A stretch of DNA of 64,000 nt from Octopus vulgaris (lineage: Eukaryota). Positions 1 through 10,977 of this stretch are shown piece by piece. The stretch is taken from the NCBI GenBank assembly GCA_951406725.2, contig OX597816.1, positions 48,236,001 to 48,300,000 on the forward strand. The letters are read 5' to 3'. Numbering within the stretch: position 1 is the first letter of the stretch; each line of letters starts with the position of its first letter. Under the pieces are notes generated by a model. It worked only from the letters and a program-made list of their open reading frames with translations. It had not been told where the DNA came from and did not search any database. Made by a program: the position numbers and the translations under genes.

Positions 1-351
1 TGGGGTGACATGTTTGAAAGGCACCAAGGTGGAAGAGATAAATAAAGAATGTGGTATGGGGGTGGAGTATAAAAGTGAGTTGTAAACCACATTTAGGAAG
101 GGAAGAAGAAGATATAATGGTCAAGTTTCTAAAAATAGGCACAAGCATTTATTGTATTAGCTAAAGTGATAGTGGGGGCAGATAAATTAGTGAGAGAAAG
201 AAAGAAAGATATATATATATATAGATAGATACACCTACACATGCACAGATGCACATATAATTGTGTATATGCACTATTATGTAGGCCTGCATGCTCACAC
301 TTATCTGCATATATATGTACCTATACACATATGCATACATACACGCATACA

Positions 352-387
<36 letters not shown>

Positions 388-1299
388 TATACACATACAT
401 TATTAAATACACACACACATATATATATATAGTTGTTAAATATTTCATGGCATCAGTGGTTGGGGCTTTGATTTCACCACTTATATCATATTGCTGGCAA
501 TAACAACTGTTTATTTTTCTACCTGAGACCTACATTTAACTGTAGCTTGTGTTTTAAGTAAAGCCAGTTTTTATTTATTTGGCTGATTATTTGTTTCCTT
601 TTATGCTGGAATATGGAGAAGACCGTGCCAGGACAGACTGTGTTAACAATCTTTTTATGTTCATTATCTATTATTTTGCAACTTGCGAGCATGTTTCAGT
701 CTTAAATGTATTGCCAAGGTGCTATACAGAAACAAAAACAAAAACAAATCAATTTTGTTATGAAGCTTGTTTCAAACTTCCTGTTATGACACTTTCATAT
801 CTTTCTTGCTCGAGAATAAAATGGATTGATAAAACTGTATCTAGAAATGCATTTTTTTTTTTTTTACCTTTTAAAGCGAGAGAATATTTTTATTGATTGA
901 TAAAAGATCTACAATCATTCTGTGCCAGATAGTAGCTGTTTAGTAAAGGAGACTGATAATTTAAATGGGCGTGCTGCTCACAGAGTGTGCTACAGTTTGA
1001 TAAAGGCAGCTTTTTTGTGTTTATAGTTTGATAAAAACGAATTGCTAAAGATAAATTCTTCGTTATACTTGTTGACAAATCATTAAGATAGATATGGTTA
1101 ATAGTACAGAAGCAGTTCTAATTTAGGTTGATCGATTAACAGAATGCTATCTTGCATAGGGTGTGATTTTGTTATTTAATTTTTCATTTGATTTCTAAGC
1201 ATTACTTTTAGTGATACCGGGAAGTGCACCTGTAAAAATTCCAAATTTAATTTATTCAAAGATCAAATTCTGTTTGTTGGATAGGCAAAATGGCAAGAC

Positions 1300-1790
1300 C
1301 TATCTTTTACTAAATACCCTTCACTGGTTTCAGTCATTGGAGCACCAGCTTGAAAGGCATAGTTGGAAGAAAATCGACACCAGTACTTATTTTTAAGCCT
1401 GAAACTTATTTTATCAGTCTCTCTTGCTAAACCATTAAGTTATAGGGACTAAACAAACCAACATTGCACATTATTTACATTATCTACATTTGACGGATAT
1501 TTGTCCTCATCTCGTTTGTTGTTAATACAATATTTCGACTGATATACTATCCAGCCTTCATCAAATGTCTTGGGAAAGGCTGGAGGGTATATCAGCTGAA
1601 ACCTTGTGTTAACAACAAACAAGATGAGGACAAATATCCGTCAAATGTAAATAATGTAAATAATTCCTCATCTCTTAAATATAGAACTGGAAAACCAACA
1701 TTGGTTGTTAAGTGATGGTAGGGCAGCACAGGCACAATGACACACACATGCACATACACATATATATATACAAGCATACTGAGTAACGTC
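1300..1790 (-). mobile_element. SINE family A (tRNA-derived, internal TA/TG microsatellite), degenerate 3' half, interrupted by an HHR element
   Basis: Reverse-complement match to the family A tail (TTTCAGTCATT...GAGCACC...AATCGACACCAGTACTTATT...AAACCAACATTGGTTGTTAAG), split at a 12-bp duplication. Confidence 0.7.
1467..1691. mobile_element. Truncated hammerhead-bearing element (family H) as an inverted pair plus 3' tail, 12-bp TSD
   Basis: Arms ~1467-1574 (-) and ~1577-1663 (+) are reverse complements; tail TTCCTCATCTCTTAAATATAGAACTG; TSD AAACCAACATTG at 1455-1466 and 1692-1703. Confidence 0.85.
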
Positions 1791-1798
1791 ACTGCTTA

Positions 1799-1952
1799 GG
1801 AGTGGCTGTGTGGTAAGTAGCTTACTTACCAACCACATGGTTCCAGGTTCAGTTTCACTGCATGGCACCTTGGACAAGTGTCTTCTATAGCCTCAGGCCG
1901 ACCAAAGCCTTGTGAGTGGATTTGGTAGACGGAAACTGAAAGAAGCCCGTCG

Positions 1953-1985
<33 letters not shown>

Positions 1986-2218
1986 GTGTGTGTTTGTGTG
2001 TATGTGGGTGTTGTGTGTGTTTGTCCCTCCAACATTGCTTGACAACTGATGCTGGTGTGTTTATGTCCCCGTAACTTAGCAGTTCAGCAAAAGATATCGA
2101 TAGAATAAGTACTAGACTTACAAAGAATAAGTCCTGGGGGCGATTTGTTTGACTAAAGGTGGTGCTCCAGCATAGCTGCAGTCAAATGACTGAAACAGGT
2201 AAAAGAATAAAAGAATAA
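1799..2218 (+). mobile_element. SINE family A, full length
   Basis: Head GGAGTGGCTGTGTGGTAAGTAGC...GGTTCAGT (A/B-box-like), internal (TA)n(TG)n, tail ...ATGACTGAAACA...AAAAGAATAAAAGAAT; more than 10 similar copies in the window. Confidence 0.9.
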
Positions 2219-2275
2219 ATTATGAAATTTGGGTTTTTGTGATCATGTGTGTCTGCTGTAGTCTGTGATTTTGTC

Positions 2276-2450
2276 ATGGACAGGAACAAAGAGCCAACAT
2301 GGAATTTTGCTTTAAAACCGGGAAGTCTACTAGAGAAACATTGAGCATGCTTTGGCAAGCTTACAGTCATGAGACAATGGGTTGTATGCAATGTTTTGAG
2401 TGGCATGGGATCTTCAATAGCAGAAGAATGTCCCTGGAAGACCTGCCATG
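2276..2450 (+). pseudogene. mariner transposase N-terminal fragment (frameshifted)
   Basis: Reads EQRANMEFCFKTGKSTRETLSML / QAYSHETMGCMQCFEWHGIFNSRRMSLED, matching the mariner N-terminal HTH pattern EQRxxIKFCFKLGK...ET...AY...FEWH.RF...SLED. Confidence 0.7.
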
Positions 2451-3479
2451 AGGTCCATTGCATTTTTGCCAGCTGAGTGGATTGAAGTAAACAGTCTAAT
2501 AACAGAAACGGAAGAAGTAAATAAAATAGTTGTTGTTGTTGGCAAAATAGCTGTTGTTGTTGTTTAGCCTTTGATTAGGCATGGTTGAGTAGACTTATGA
2601 TCCAAGACATTCCACTTTTAAAAGATACTGGTTCTAAGACTACATAAAGTAATGCTTGTTTATTTTCTTAAAATGGGATTTAAAAGAGATTTGGTTGCTA
2701 TTTCCGTCGAGTTGAGTAACCATGTTTGGTAAATGAATGTTAGATCACTTTATTCTAATTATGCTCTTTCAGTATAACATTACTGATATTTATTTTATTT
2801 AATTGCTAAACACTTTAATTGATAAAGAATGACTTTAATCTAGCTCTGATTTATTCATTTATTTATATTTTAATCAAAGAATTAAGCAATAAATTGGATG
2901 TATTTATGAATTCAATAATAAAAGCAATCTAATTAATTAAAATCTATAGAATCTGTGACAATAATAACCCTTGTTGAAAAACTGTCAGTGAAATTGTTAT
3001 AACATGATATAACTAAAATATAAGATAACGGTATCATTTCTTGCATTAACACAGAACTTGACATTTTTAGCAGTTACAAAGGAAATTGAAAATATGTGAC
3101 ATTTCTCTTATTACACTACACTGCACTAGTATCACTCATAATGTGAACTGAGAATGGAAAATGATTTGCAGACTGACTTTGGCTTGCCAGAAGCATACTT
3201 CTGTTTTGCTGCCACTCACCCTGTTAATATCGACATTTTGTGTTTTGTATTGTGTAAAGAAGAGAAGCTGGCTTCATTCATTAGATTGTAGCCTTTCTTG
3301 GACATCACCCTTAAAAGTGGTGTACAAGGAATTTTCTGCCATTATATCGTTTTGAGCCTAGTACTTCTCTTGGTACTTATTTTATTGGTTTTGTGAAGTA
3401 GCATGAAAGCTCACAAGGGATATAAACATGAAAGCACCAAATACCACCAATATACAGACATAAACATAATATATAGTTT

Positions 3480-3708
3480 AAGGCGGTGAGCTGGCAGAAA
3501 CGTTAGCACACTGGGCAAAATGCTTAGTAGTATTTCATCTGCCACTACGTTCTGAGTTCAAATTCCGCCAAGGTCGACTTAGCCTTTCATCCTTTCAGGG
3601 TTGATTAAGCACCAGTTAGGCACTGGGGTCGATGTAATCAACTTAATCCGTTTGTCTGTCCTTGTTTGTCCCCTCTGTGTGTAGCCCCTTGTGGGCAGTA
3701 AAGAAATA
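3480..3708 (+). mobile_element. SINE family B (tRNA-derived)
   Basis: AAGGCGGTGAGCTGGCAGAAACGTTAGC...GAGTTCAAATTCC...GCCTTTCATCCTTTC.GGGT.GAT...tail GCCCCTTGTGGGCAGTAAAGAAATA; other copies at 29125-29397, 39205-39460(-), 58080-58312, 60793-61212. Confidence 0.85.
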
Positions 3709-3953
3709 ATAAACATAATATATAGTATATGAACACACAGTAAAATGCACCCAGCACACTCTGCAAAGTGGTTGGTAAGTGGAGGCAAAATATGTAGTGA
3801 AGAGAGGACTGTTTGGTCTTGCTGGATATAAACAACCCCACTAGTGTTGATGCCACTAGCTTAGTGTTAGAAAGGGTATCCAGCTATACAATACCATGCT
3901 AGAAATGAAATATACAAATGAGATGCTGTCCCTCAACCCATCTAAGATGGTAA

Positions 3954-4105
3954 CACTAGCGTAGCTAGAGTATGTGCTGCCCAGGGTGGCCCTTCTGTTT
4001 GCCACCCCCGGACCCGACAAAAGACAAATATATTGCCTGCAGCAGACCTAAATGTGCCACCTGGGGTGGACCACCCCTACCTCACCCCACCTAGTTACAC
4101 TAGTG
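3954..4105. mobile_element. hAT-type MITE
   Basis: TIRs CACTAGCGTAGCTAG / CTAGTTACACTAGTG; perfect 8-bp TSD GATGGTAA at 3946-3953 and 4106-4113. Confidence 0.85.
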
Positions 4106-5338
4106 GATGGTAATAATTCTGAATAAGAAATTACTAAGATTGGGATGACTTGTTCAACTCATGCCAGCATGGAAAGCAGTGATAAAATTAATGATGGTGA
4201 CAATGACACATACGCATTCTATAAGGTTTTGTACAGTCTGCTTGTTTAACTTACAAGACTTAGATAGATGTGAGGCTGTAGTAGAAGATACTTGCCCAAG
4301 GTGCTGTGCAATGGAATTGAACGGGGAACCATGTGATTGCAAAGCAGACTTCTTAAACTGTTTGTTTTAACAAAATCATGTAAGGAAAGAAGGAATAATA
4401 TACCACTTTTGCCCTTTTTTCCTTTGTACTAGTTAAAAAAATTTTGAAGTTTGTATTTTAGACACCATTTACAATGAAATGGTTTTATATTGTTGCTGTT
4501 ATTGTTTAACCCCAGGTCTACCTTTGTCAAGCAAACCTGTGGTCAAGAGACATTTGAGCTGTGGCCATTCTACCTTTTTTTTTCCAGATATAGTGTATCC
4601 AGCACCACATTATCCAACAATGTCTTTCTTCTCTTTTAAAATGATAGGTTGTGATTCAAAGGAGATTTAGCTGCTATTTCTGACTAGTTGTGCAGCCATG
4701 TAGAGGCTTTCTTTTGTTCATCTCTGGTTTTAATATAGTTTAGGCATGTGTAATTATAATGAATTTATGTAAAGATTGATTTACCTTTTGCTAACAACAT
4801 ATAGATCATCGTTTTAGTGCCATGTTTACACTCATCTCATTGCTCCGCTCCTTTATGTGTGAACAATGCTTACCAATGACATGAGCTGTTAGGTTATATA
4901 ACACTTCCTGCTCTCCATTAATTTTCTACCATTGTGTTATATTAGACTTGTCAGAGTAGTAATTGATTTTAATATTGTAAATCTGTGTTTGGTATATAGT
5001 GTTGTACATATCATCATACACAACAGCAAGTTAACAGATAAATAAACGCAGAAGCAGTATTTGTAGCAGTGGTAGCAGTTTAGTTCCAGGTCAGTTCTGA
5101 TTGTGCACAGTTATGACAAAAGGCGTTCCCACCATGGCCACCTCATCTTTTTCCACATCAGCAATTACATTGTCTAATGTGTTCCATCTTTTGTTTAAGA
5201 TGGAAGTGTTTTATTTCAAAGCAATTTGGTTGCTATTGCTTCCAGTCACATAGTGACTTCCTTTTTAGCACTAAGATTGTTGTTACTCTGAAACTGTGTG
5301 TTTGAGTTTGTCTTACATATTAACTTAATAGATGCAAA

Positions 5339-6420
5339 TGTGGCTGTGTGGTAAAAAGAAAAAAACCCCAGAAAAATGGGACATTGCCGGCGGTTTGTGA
5401 CACGCTACTGGCATGTCCCGAAGCACCTTCGGTGGGAGTTGTGCCACCGAAGGTGGAAACTGTAGATCCCTCCCATGCTGTGGATGAGGAATTTGTGGTC
5501 CTCTTCCATAAGGGAGGAACATTAGAAAACTTTGTCAAGAAGTTTAAAAGGAAAGGCCGGTTTGAGGGGATTCTGTCCTGCATGGAGAACCCTGAGTGGC
5601 CTTTGCGGGTGACTGCGGAGGTGATATGGGAAACTGATCTGTGCAGGATAATGAATTCCTTCCCAGAGTACACTTTTAGATTCATGGCAAAGTGGTCCGG
5701 CTTGACACCGTCTAGGTGCTTCAAAGAATCAAGGAGCCTGGTCGGACAGAAAAGCATGTAACTGATATTAAAAGTAAGAGGTTTGGTGCCTCACTTTTAT
5801 TGTATTTTTATTGTATTTTATTGAATTGTGTAAGAGGTTAATTGCCTCATAAATGGCTTTTGTATTGTAAAAATGTAAGAGGTTTATTGCCTCGAGTATG
5901 AAACTTAAAAAGAACAATGTTTTGGGGTAAATGGCAGTCGGCGGACGTTGCTTGTTGCCCTCATTTTTCACCATTTCATTTGTCATTCAAATCATTATGC
6001 GTGTGTCCAGCCCACAGCATCATTTCTCTTAAGGCCCTTGTGGCCAATTAAATGAATAAAAGAAGTTTGTTTCCCAACCACATGGTTCCAATTCAGTTCC
6101 ATTGTCTGGCACCTTGGGCAAATGTCTTCTATTATAACATTAAGCTGACCAAAACCTTGTGAGTGGATTCGGTAGATGGAAACTGAAAGAAGCTTGTCAT
6201 GTATATATGTACATGTTTGTGTTTGTCCCCCACCAATGCTTGAGAACTGATGCTGGTGTGTTTATATTCCCTTAACTTAGTGGTTTGGCAAAAGAGACTG
6301 ATAGAATAAGTACTAAGCTTTAAAAAAATGTATTGGAGTCAATTCATTCAACTAAAAATTCTTCAAGGTGGGTACTCCAGCATGGCCACAATTTACTGAC
6401 TGAAACAAGTAATACATCAA
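5339..6420 (+). mobile_element. SINE family A copy split by a LINE insertion
   Basis: Head TGTGGCTGTGTGGTAA at ~5339-5354 resumes as AGAAGTTTGTTTCCCAACCACATGG at ~6061. Confidence 0.8.
5362..6060 (+). mobile_element. 5'-truncated LINE (L1/Tx1-like ORF2 C-terminus plus 3'UTR)
   Basis: GC-richer insert; ORF 5348-5761 ends ...AEVIWET...NSFPEYTFRF...LTPSRCFKESRSLV, resembling Tx1-type ORF2 C-termini; A-rich 3' end. Confidence 0.5.
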
Positions 6421-7018
6421 AGATAACCCCAACCACTTGACAACCAGTGCTGGTTTGTTTACATCTCCATAACTTAATTGTTTAGCAAAGGAGACAAGTA
6501 GAATATGTACAAGGCTTTAAAAAAATGAGTGCAGGGGTTGACTTGTTTGGCTAAAATCTTTCAAGGCAGGACTCCAGAAAATTGATGTCAATGGATTGCA
6601 TTCATCATGATCATGATCATCATCATCATTTAATGTCTGTCTTCCATACTGGCATGGGTTGGATAATTTGGCAGGAGCTGGCCAGGTAGAAGACTACACC
6701 AGGCTTCTGTGGCTGTTTTGGCAAGATTTTTACAGCTGAATGCCCTTCCTGACACCAACCACTCTGCAGACTGATCTGAGTGATTTTCATGTGTCATCAG
6801 CACAGGTGAGGCCAGTTTTGGATTTGACACTTTTTACAAGGAATTTTGAGAGTGGGAGGGGGCATCAGAGGAGGTGATCTTGTGTTAGATGATCTTGTGT
6901 CAGTCTTGTGAAATCAATTGTACAGAAACATTTTAAGAGGACATTTAATCAATGGAAATTTTTTTCATTATTCTTTTTTTTTTTTAATAACTGTTTTGAA
7001 ATGGTATTTATTTATAAG

Positions 7019-7420
7019 TGCAGGAGTGGCTGTGTGGTAAGTAGCTTGCTTACCAACCACATGGTTCCGGGTTTATTCCCACTGCATGGCACCTTGGGCG
7101 AGTGTCTTCTACTATATCCTCGGGCTGACCAAAGCCTTGTGAGTGGATTTGGTAGACAGAAACTGAAAGAAGCCCATCGTATATATGTATACTTATATGT
7201 ATGTGTGTGTATATGTTTGTGTGTCTGTGTTTGTCCCCCAATATTGCTTGACAACCGATGGTGGTGTGTTTATGTCCCTGTTACTTAGCAATTCGGCAAA
7301 AGAGACCGATAGAATAAGTACTAGGCTTACAAAGAATAAGTCCTGGGGCCGATTTGCTCGGCTAAAGGCAGTGCTCCAGCATGGCTGCAGTCAAATGACT
7401 GAAACAAGTTAAAAGAGAAA
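7019..7420 (+). mobile_element. SINE family A, full length
   Basis: Same head, microsatellite and tail as 1799-2218. Confidence 0.9.
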
Positions 7421-7657
7421 GAGAGCAGAAACTAAACTGGAGGAATTTAGGAAAGGATGGAAGTGACATAAGTTACCTGAGTGAACCCTTCTGGAAATGA
7501 AGTATGTTAAACTTATATGCCATGAACTAGCAAGGGAACTACTCAAATAGTTTCTCCATTTGCTAGAACTAACAGCCAAATCTATCTCAAATTTCACCTT
7601 CCTTTATGTTTTGGTTAATGTAGTCCTTGAAACAAGATGAAATGATCAGGGCAAGTA

Positions 7658-8212
7658 TTGGGTTGTCCAGAAAGTTTGTGCCGTTTTATAGTAGCTAACC
7701 TTTCGACTTATTTTAGAACATAGTTGAGTCCATAAATTGGATTTGACTACACCTCCATTTAGAGCACAGTTTAAGCTATCTTTTCATGGAAGAAGGCTTA
7801 TGTTCCTATAGCCTGTATTAATTCTGTAACCCTTTAAAATGGAAGATAGGAAAGTTCATTTTCGGCACTTGATGCTTTGCGAACCAGACAAAAATTGCTG
7901 CAGCTCGGCTGGGATGTGTTACCCCACCCTCCATGTTCACCAGATATTGCTCCACTTATTCAAGTCTCTGCAGAATAGTCTTAATGGTAAGATTTTTGAT
8001 TCCTTGGATGACGTAAAAAGATACCTTGATGAATTCTTTGCCATGAAACCACCTCAACTCTGGGAAGAGGGTATTTTCAAGTTAAAGGAAAGATGGAAAC
8101 ACATTGTGCAACAAAATGGTTCATATTTGGTTGATTAAAAATGTTAATGGCAAGTATTTATTGACTTTTTTCTTTCCTTTAAAAATCAGCATGAACTTTC
8201 CGGACAACCCAA
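7658..8212 (+). mobile_element. Internally deleted mariner element
   Basis: TIRs TTGGGTTGTCCAGAAAGTT / AACTTTCCGGACAACCCAA flanked by TA; ORF 7839-8138 joins [13 protein letters not shown] to [13 protein letters not shown]...GIFKLKERWKHIVQQNGSY; an alternate frame gives [17 protein letters not shown] (YSPDLAP motif). Confidence 0.92.
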
Positions 8213-8452
8213 TACCTTTTAAGTATATTTCTACTCAATCAGGGCTGGCCCATGGTTAAGCAATAGCAACTACAACAACATTTCAGAATGTGTCTTTGGT
8301 TTCTGTATGATACTTGACAGAACTTCTCATTTGCTGTGGTTTTCATGAAACGTGCAATTCCTTTCAACAGCACCCACCTACATGAACTAATAACAGTGAT
8401 CGTGTATGTGTGTGCACACATGTATTTGTGCTTCTGTGTGTGTGTTTGTTTA

Positions 8453-8488
<36 letters not shown>

Positions 8489-8678
8489 AGAGAGAGAAAG
8501 AGCAGGGTAATTGATAGGGTATTGAAAGAGCAAAGTAATTGATAGGGTATTGAATTACTAACTCGGATCTTCAGGGCCGTTCAATTACAAATATTTTATG
8601 TATTTAGGCTTAAGTACTCTTATTTTACATTATTTCAGTTCAACTATCTGTCCAGAAAAACTAATAGATCATCGAATT

Positions 8679-9270
8679 GGTGACTGGACAATTTTCTGTA
8701 AACAAATTCACTGTAGGTCAATTGGCCATAGGACTATTTGCCATAAGACAATTCACTGTACAGATATTTTGCTGTAGGGACATTTTGCTGTAAAGCTTAG
8801 CAACTTGAAATTGCTTCATTAATTAAATAAGGTAGATAGAGGAAAAGTGTTTACAGCAGTCATTTTCAGTAATTGCTGAAATGATAATTTAAAAACAGAA
8901 AGGTCATTTAAATTTGAAACTGCATCATTAATTGCTGAAATGAGAATTTAAAAGTAGAAAAGTTGTTTAACATTTATTTGCATGTAATTTCAATGAATTT
9001 ACATGATTTAAATTTTTTTTTTTAGCTTAACTTTTGAAATGAACTATATGACCTTCATTATTTTTAAATAAAATGTATGACTTTCGATATTTTAATTTTT
9101 ATTTTTTATCCTTCTCTTTTTGTGCTTTACGACAAATTGTTCTTGTGGTGAAATATCTGTGCAGTGAAAATCTTACAATGAATAGTCCTATGGCCAATTG
9201 TCATACGGTGAAATATCTTACAGCCAATTGTCCTACAGTGAAATACCTTACGGCAAATTGTCCTGGGTCC
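8679..9270. mobile_element. Foldback/MULE-type non-autonomous DNA transposon with subterminal ~15-bp tandem repeats
   Basis: Left arm ~8679-8793 and right arm ~9126-9270 are inverted arrays of a ~15-bp unit; 9-bp TSD CATCGAATT (8670-8678) / CATTGAATT (9271-9279). Confidence 0.75.
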
Positions 9271-9622
9271 CATTGAATTGTATTACCTGTAATAAACTAA
9301 TTTCTTACCAAAGGAGTGTTACGTTTCATCTGCTTAACACCATTAGACTTCATGTATAACCCAGCCCAGATTTCGAAAACCACTTGCAGCTTTAACATTT
9401 CTTTAAGGACACACACAAACACATACTCTCATGTGGGAACACATGCATACAGGATATGCACATATGTAGCAGAATGTACAGGAAGAAACTACTCATGCAT
9501 GAATACATACACATGGGTGCATACCTACAGGACATATACACACATACATGTACATAGACATACACACATAAAGAACATGCATACATAGACAGACACATGC
9601 ATACAAATGTGCATACACACAT

Positions 9623-9674
<52 letters not shown>

Positions 9675-10343
9675 TCACACAGACACATACCCACACTTGA
9701 AATTTTCTGTTGGACTGAGAAGTAAACAAAATCTTTAATGTAGTAAAGCCTCCTGAGTGTATTTGTCCATTGTGTGCTAATAATAAATAAATATACGATT
9801 GATCAAAATGAGTATTTGTTAACTCTATAGGTGTGGGTATGGCTGTATTGTTGAGAAGCTCACTTTTCAGCCAACCATATAGCATCAGGTTCAGTTCCAC
9901 TGCGTGGCACCTTGGACAAGTGTCTTCTACTAGAGCTTTGATTTGACCAAAGCTTTGCGAGTGGATCATCATCATCATCACCACCACCACCACCAACACC
10001 GCCACAACCTCCTCCTCCTTCTTCTGCTGCTGCTGCTTAAACAATCAAAACCAGGAACCCACATCCCTCATATTAAATATTCCTTCAGATCTGCTACTAC
10101 CTACCTACTGAGCCTTCATCAAAGTAAAATAGATAGATAGATAGAGATAGAGAGAGAAAAGGAAAATTCCCATGTATTTGAAAACTATAGAAATATTCTT
10201 TAAAATATTTCATTTAATTTTTTCACTATTTAATTGTTTTTCATGCTTTACTCTAAGTTGAAAAAGTCGCAAAGTCTGAAACAGATATTAAAAAAGTTCT
10301 GCATGATAAAATTATTTTGGTATTTTCTACCTTGTCCTATTTT

Positions 10344-10377
<34 letters not shown>

Positions 10378-10378
<1 letters not shown>

Positions 10379-10653
10379 TCACCTGGATTGGCTAGGGTGT
10401 CTGGTGGCGAGTTGGCTCCACTGGCCACACCATTTGTTCCATTCCCCTCGTACTCTTGCCATTCTCCTCCACATTGTTCCAAACATTTTTCTTAAATCAT
10501 CTTTTCACCTGATTGGAGGTCTTCTAAGTGGTCTCTTCTGCTCACATGTATACCACTCAACAACTGCATGGGTCCACCAATTGTCTATGGACCTTGCGAC
10601 ATGACCAGCCCATTGTAGCTTTGCATGTTGGTATTGTGTTGATGTTCTTCACT

Positions 10654-10656
<3 letters not shown>
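10378..10656 (-). mobile_element. RTE-clade LINE 3' fragment
   Basis: Minus strand reads AKLQWAGHVARSIDNWWTHAVVEWYTCEQKRPLRRPPIR*KDDL, the RTE C-terminal WAGHVAR...RP..RW.DD motif. Confidence 0.85.
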
Positions 10657-10701
<45 letters not shown>

Positions 10702-10705
<4 letters not shown>

Positions 10706-10958
10706 TTTATAATTAGGGTTCAGCAAAGATTACCAGTAATTTTAGTTTTTCTGGGAGTCCCTTTTTAAAGTAGAAGAAATAGCTAAGGTTTTTTGGCTGC
10801 TATTTCTAAACTTCGGTACGTGGTAAAGCAAATCTTTGCTGAACCCTAATTATAAAGTATTACTCAAGTTTACCGTGAAATGGTCCTTTTTCATGCCGAA
10901 TTCTACTTGGTGAAATTATTGATTACTTCTTAATTAATTAATTTTACCCTTTGTTATT
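10702..10958. repeat. Inverted repeat (30-bp perfect arms) plus ~100-nt AT-rich tail, embedded in (TA)n
   Basis: 10702-10731 ATACTTTATAATTAGGGTTCAGCAAAGATT is the exact reverse complement of 10831-10860. Confidence 0.85.
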
Positions 10959-10977
10959 ATATATATATATATATGTA

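Noticed and set aside
161-503. Low-complexity ORFs (YI/HT/CV repeats) here and throughout, including poly-Y/I/L ORFs at 13404-14074
   Set aside because: They are translations of microsatellites, not genes
1826-2035. Recurring peptide 'DGLLSVSVYQIHSQGFG...EDTCPRCHAVGLNPEPCGW' that looks like a multicopy gene family
   Set aside because: It is the antisense translation of the SINE A head; frames and stops vary among copies
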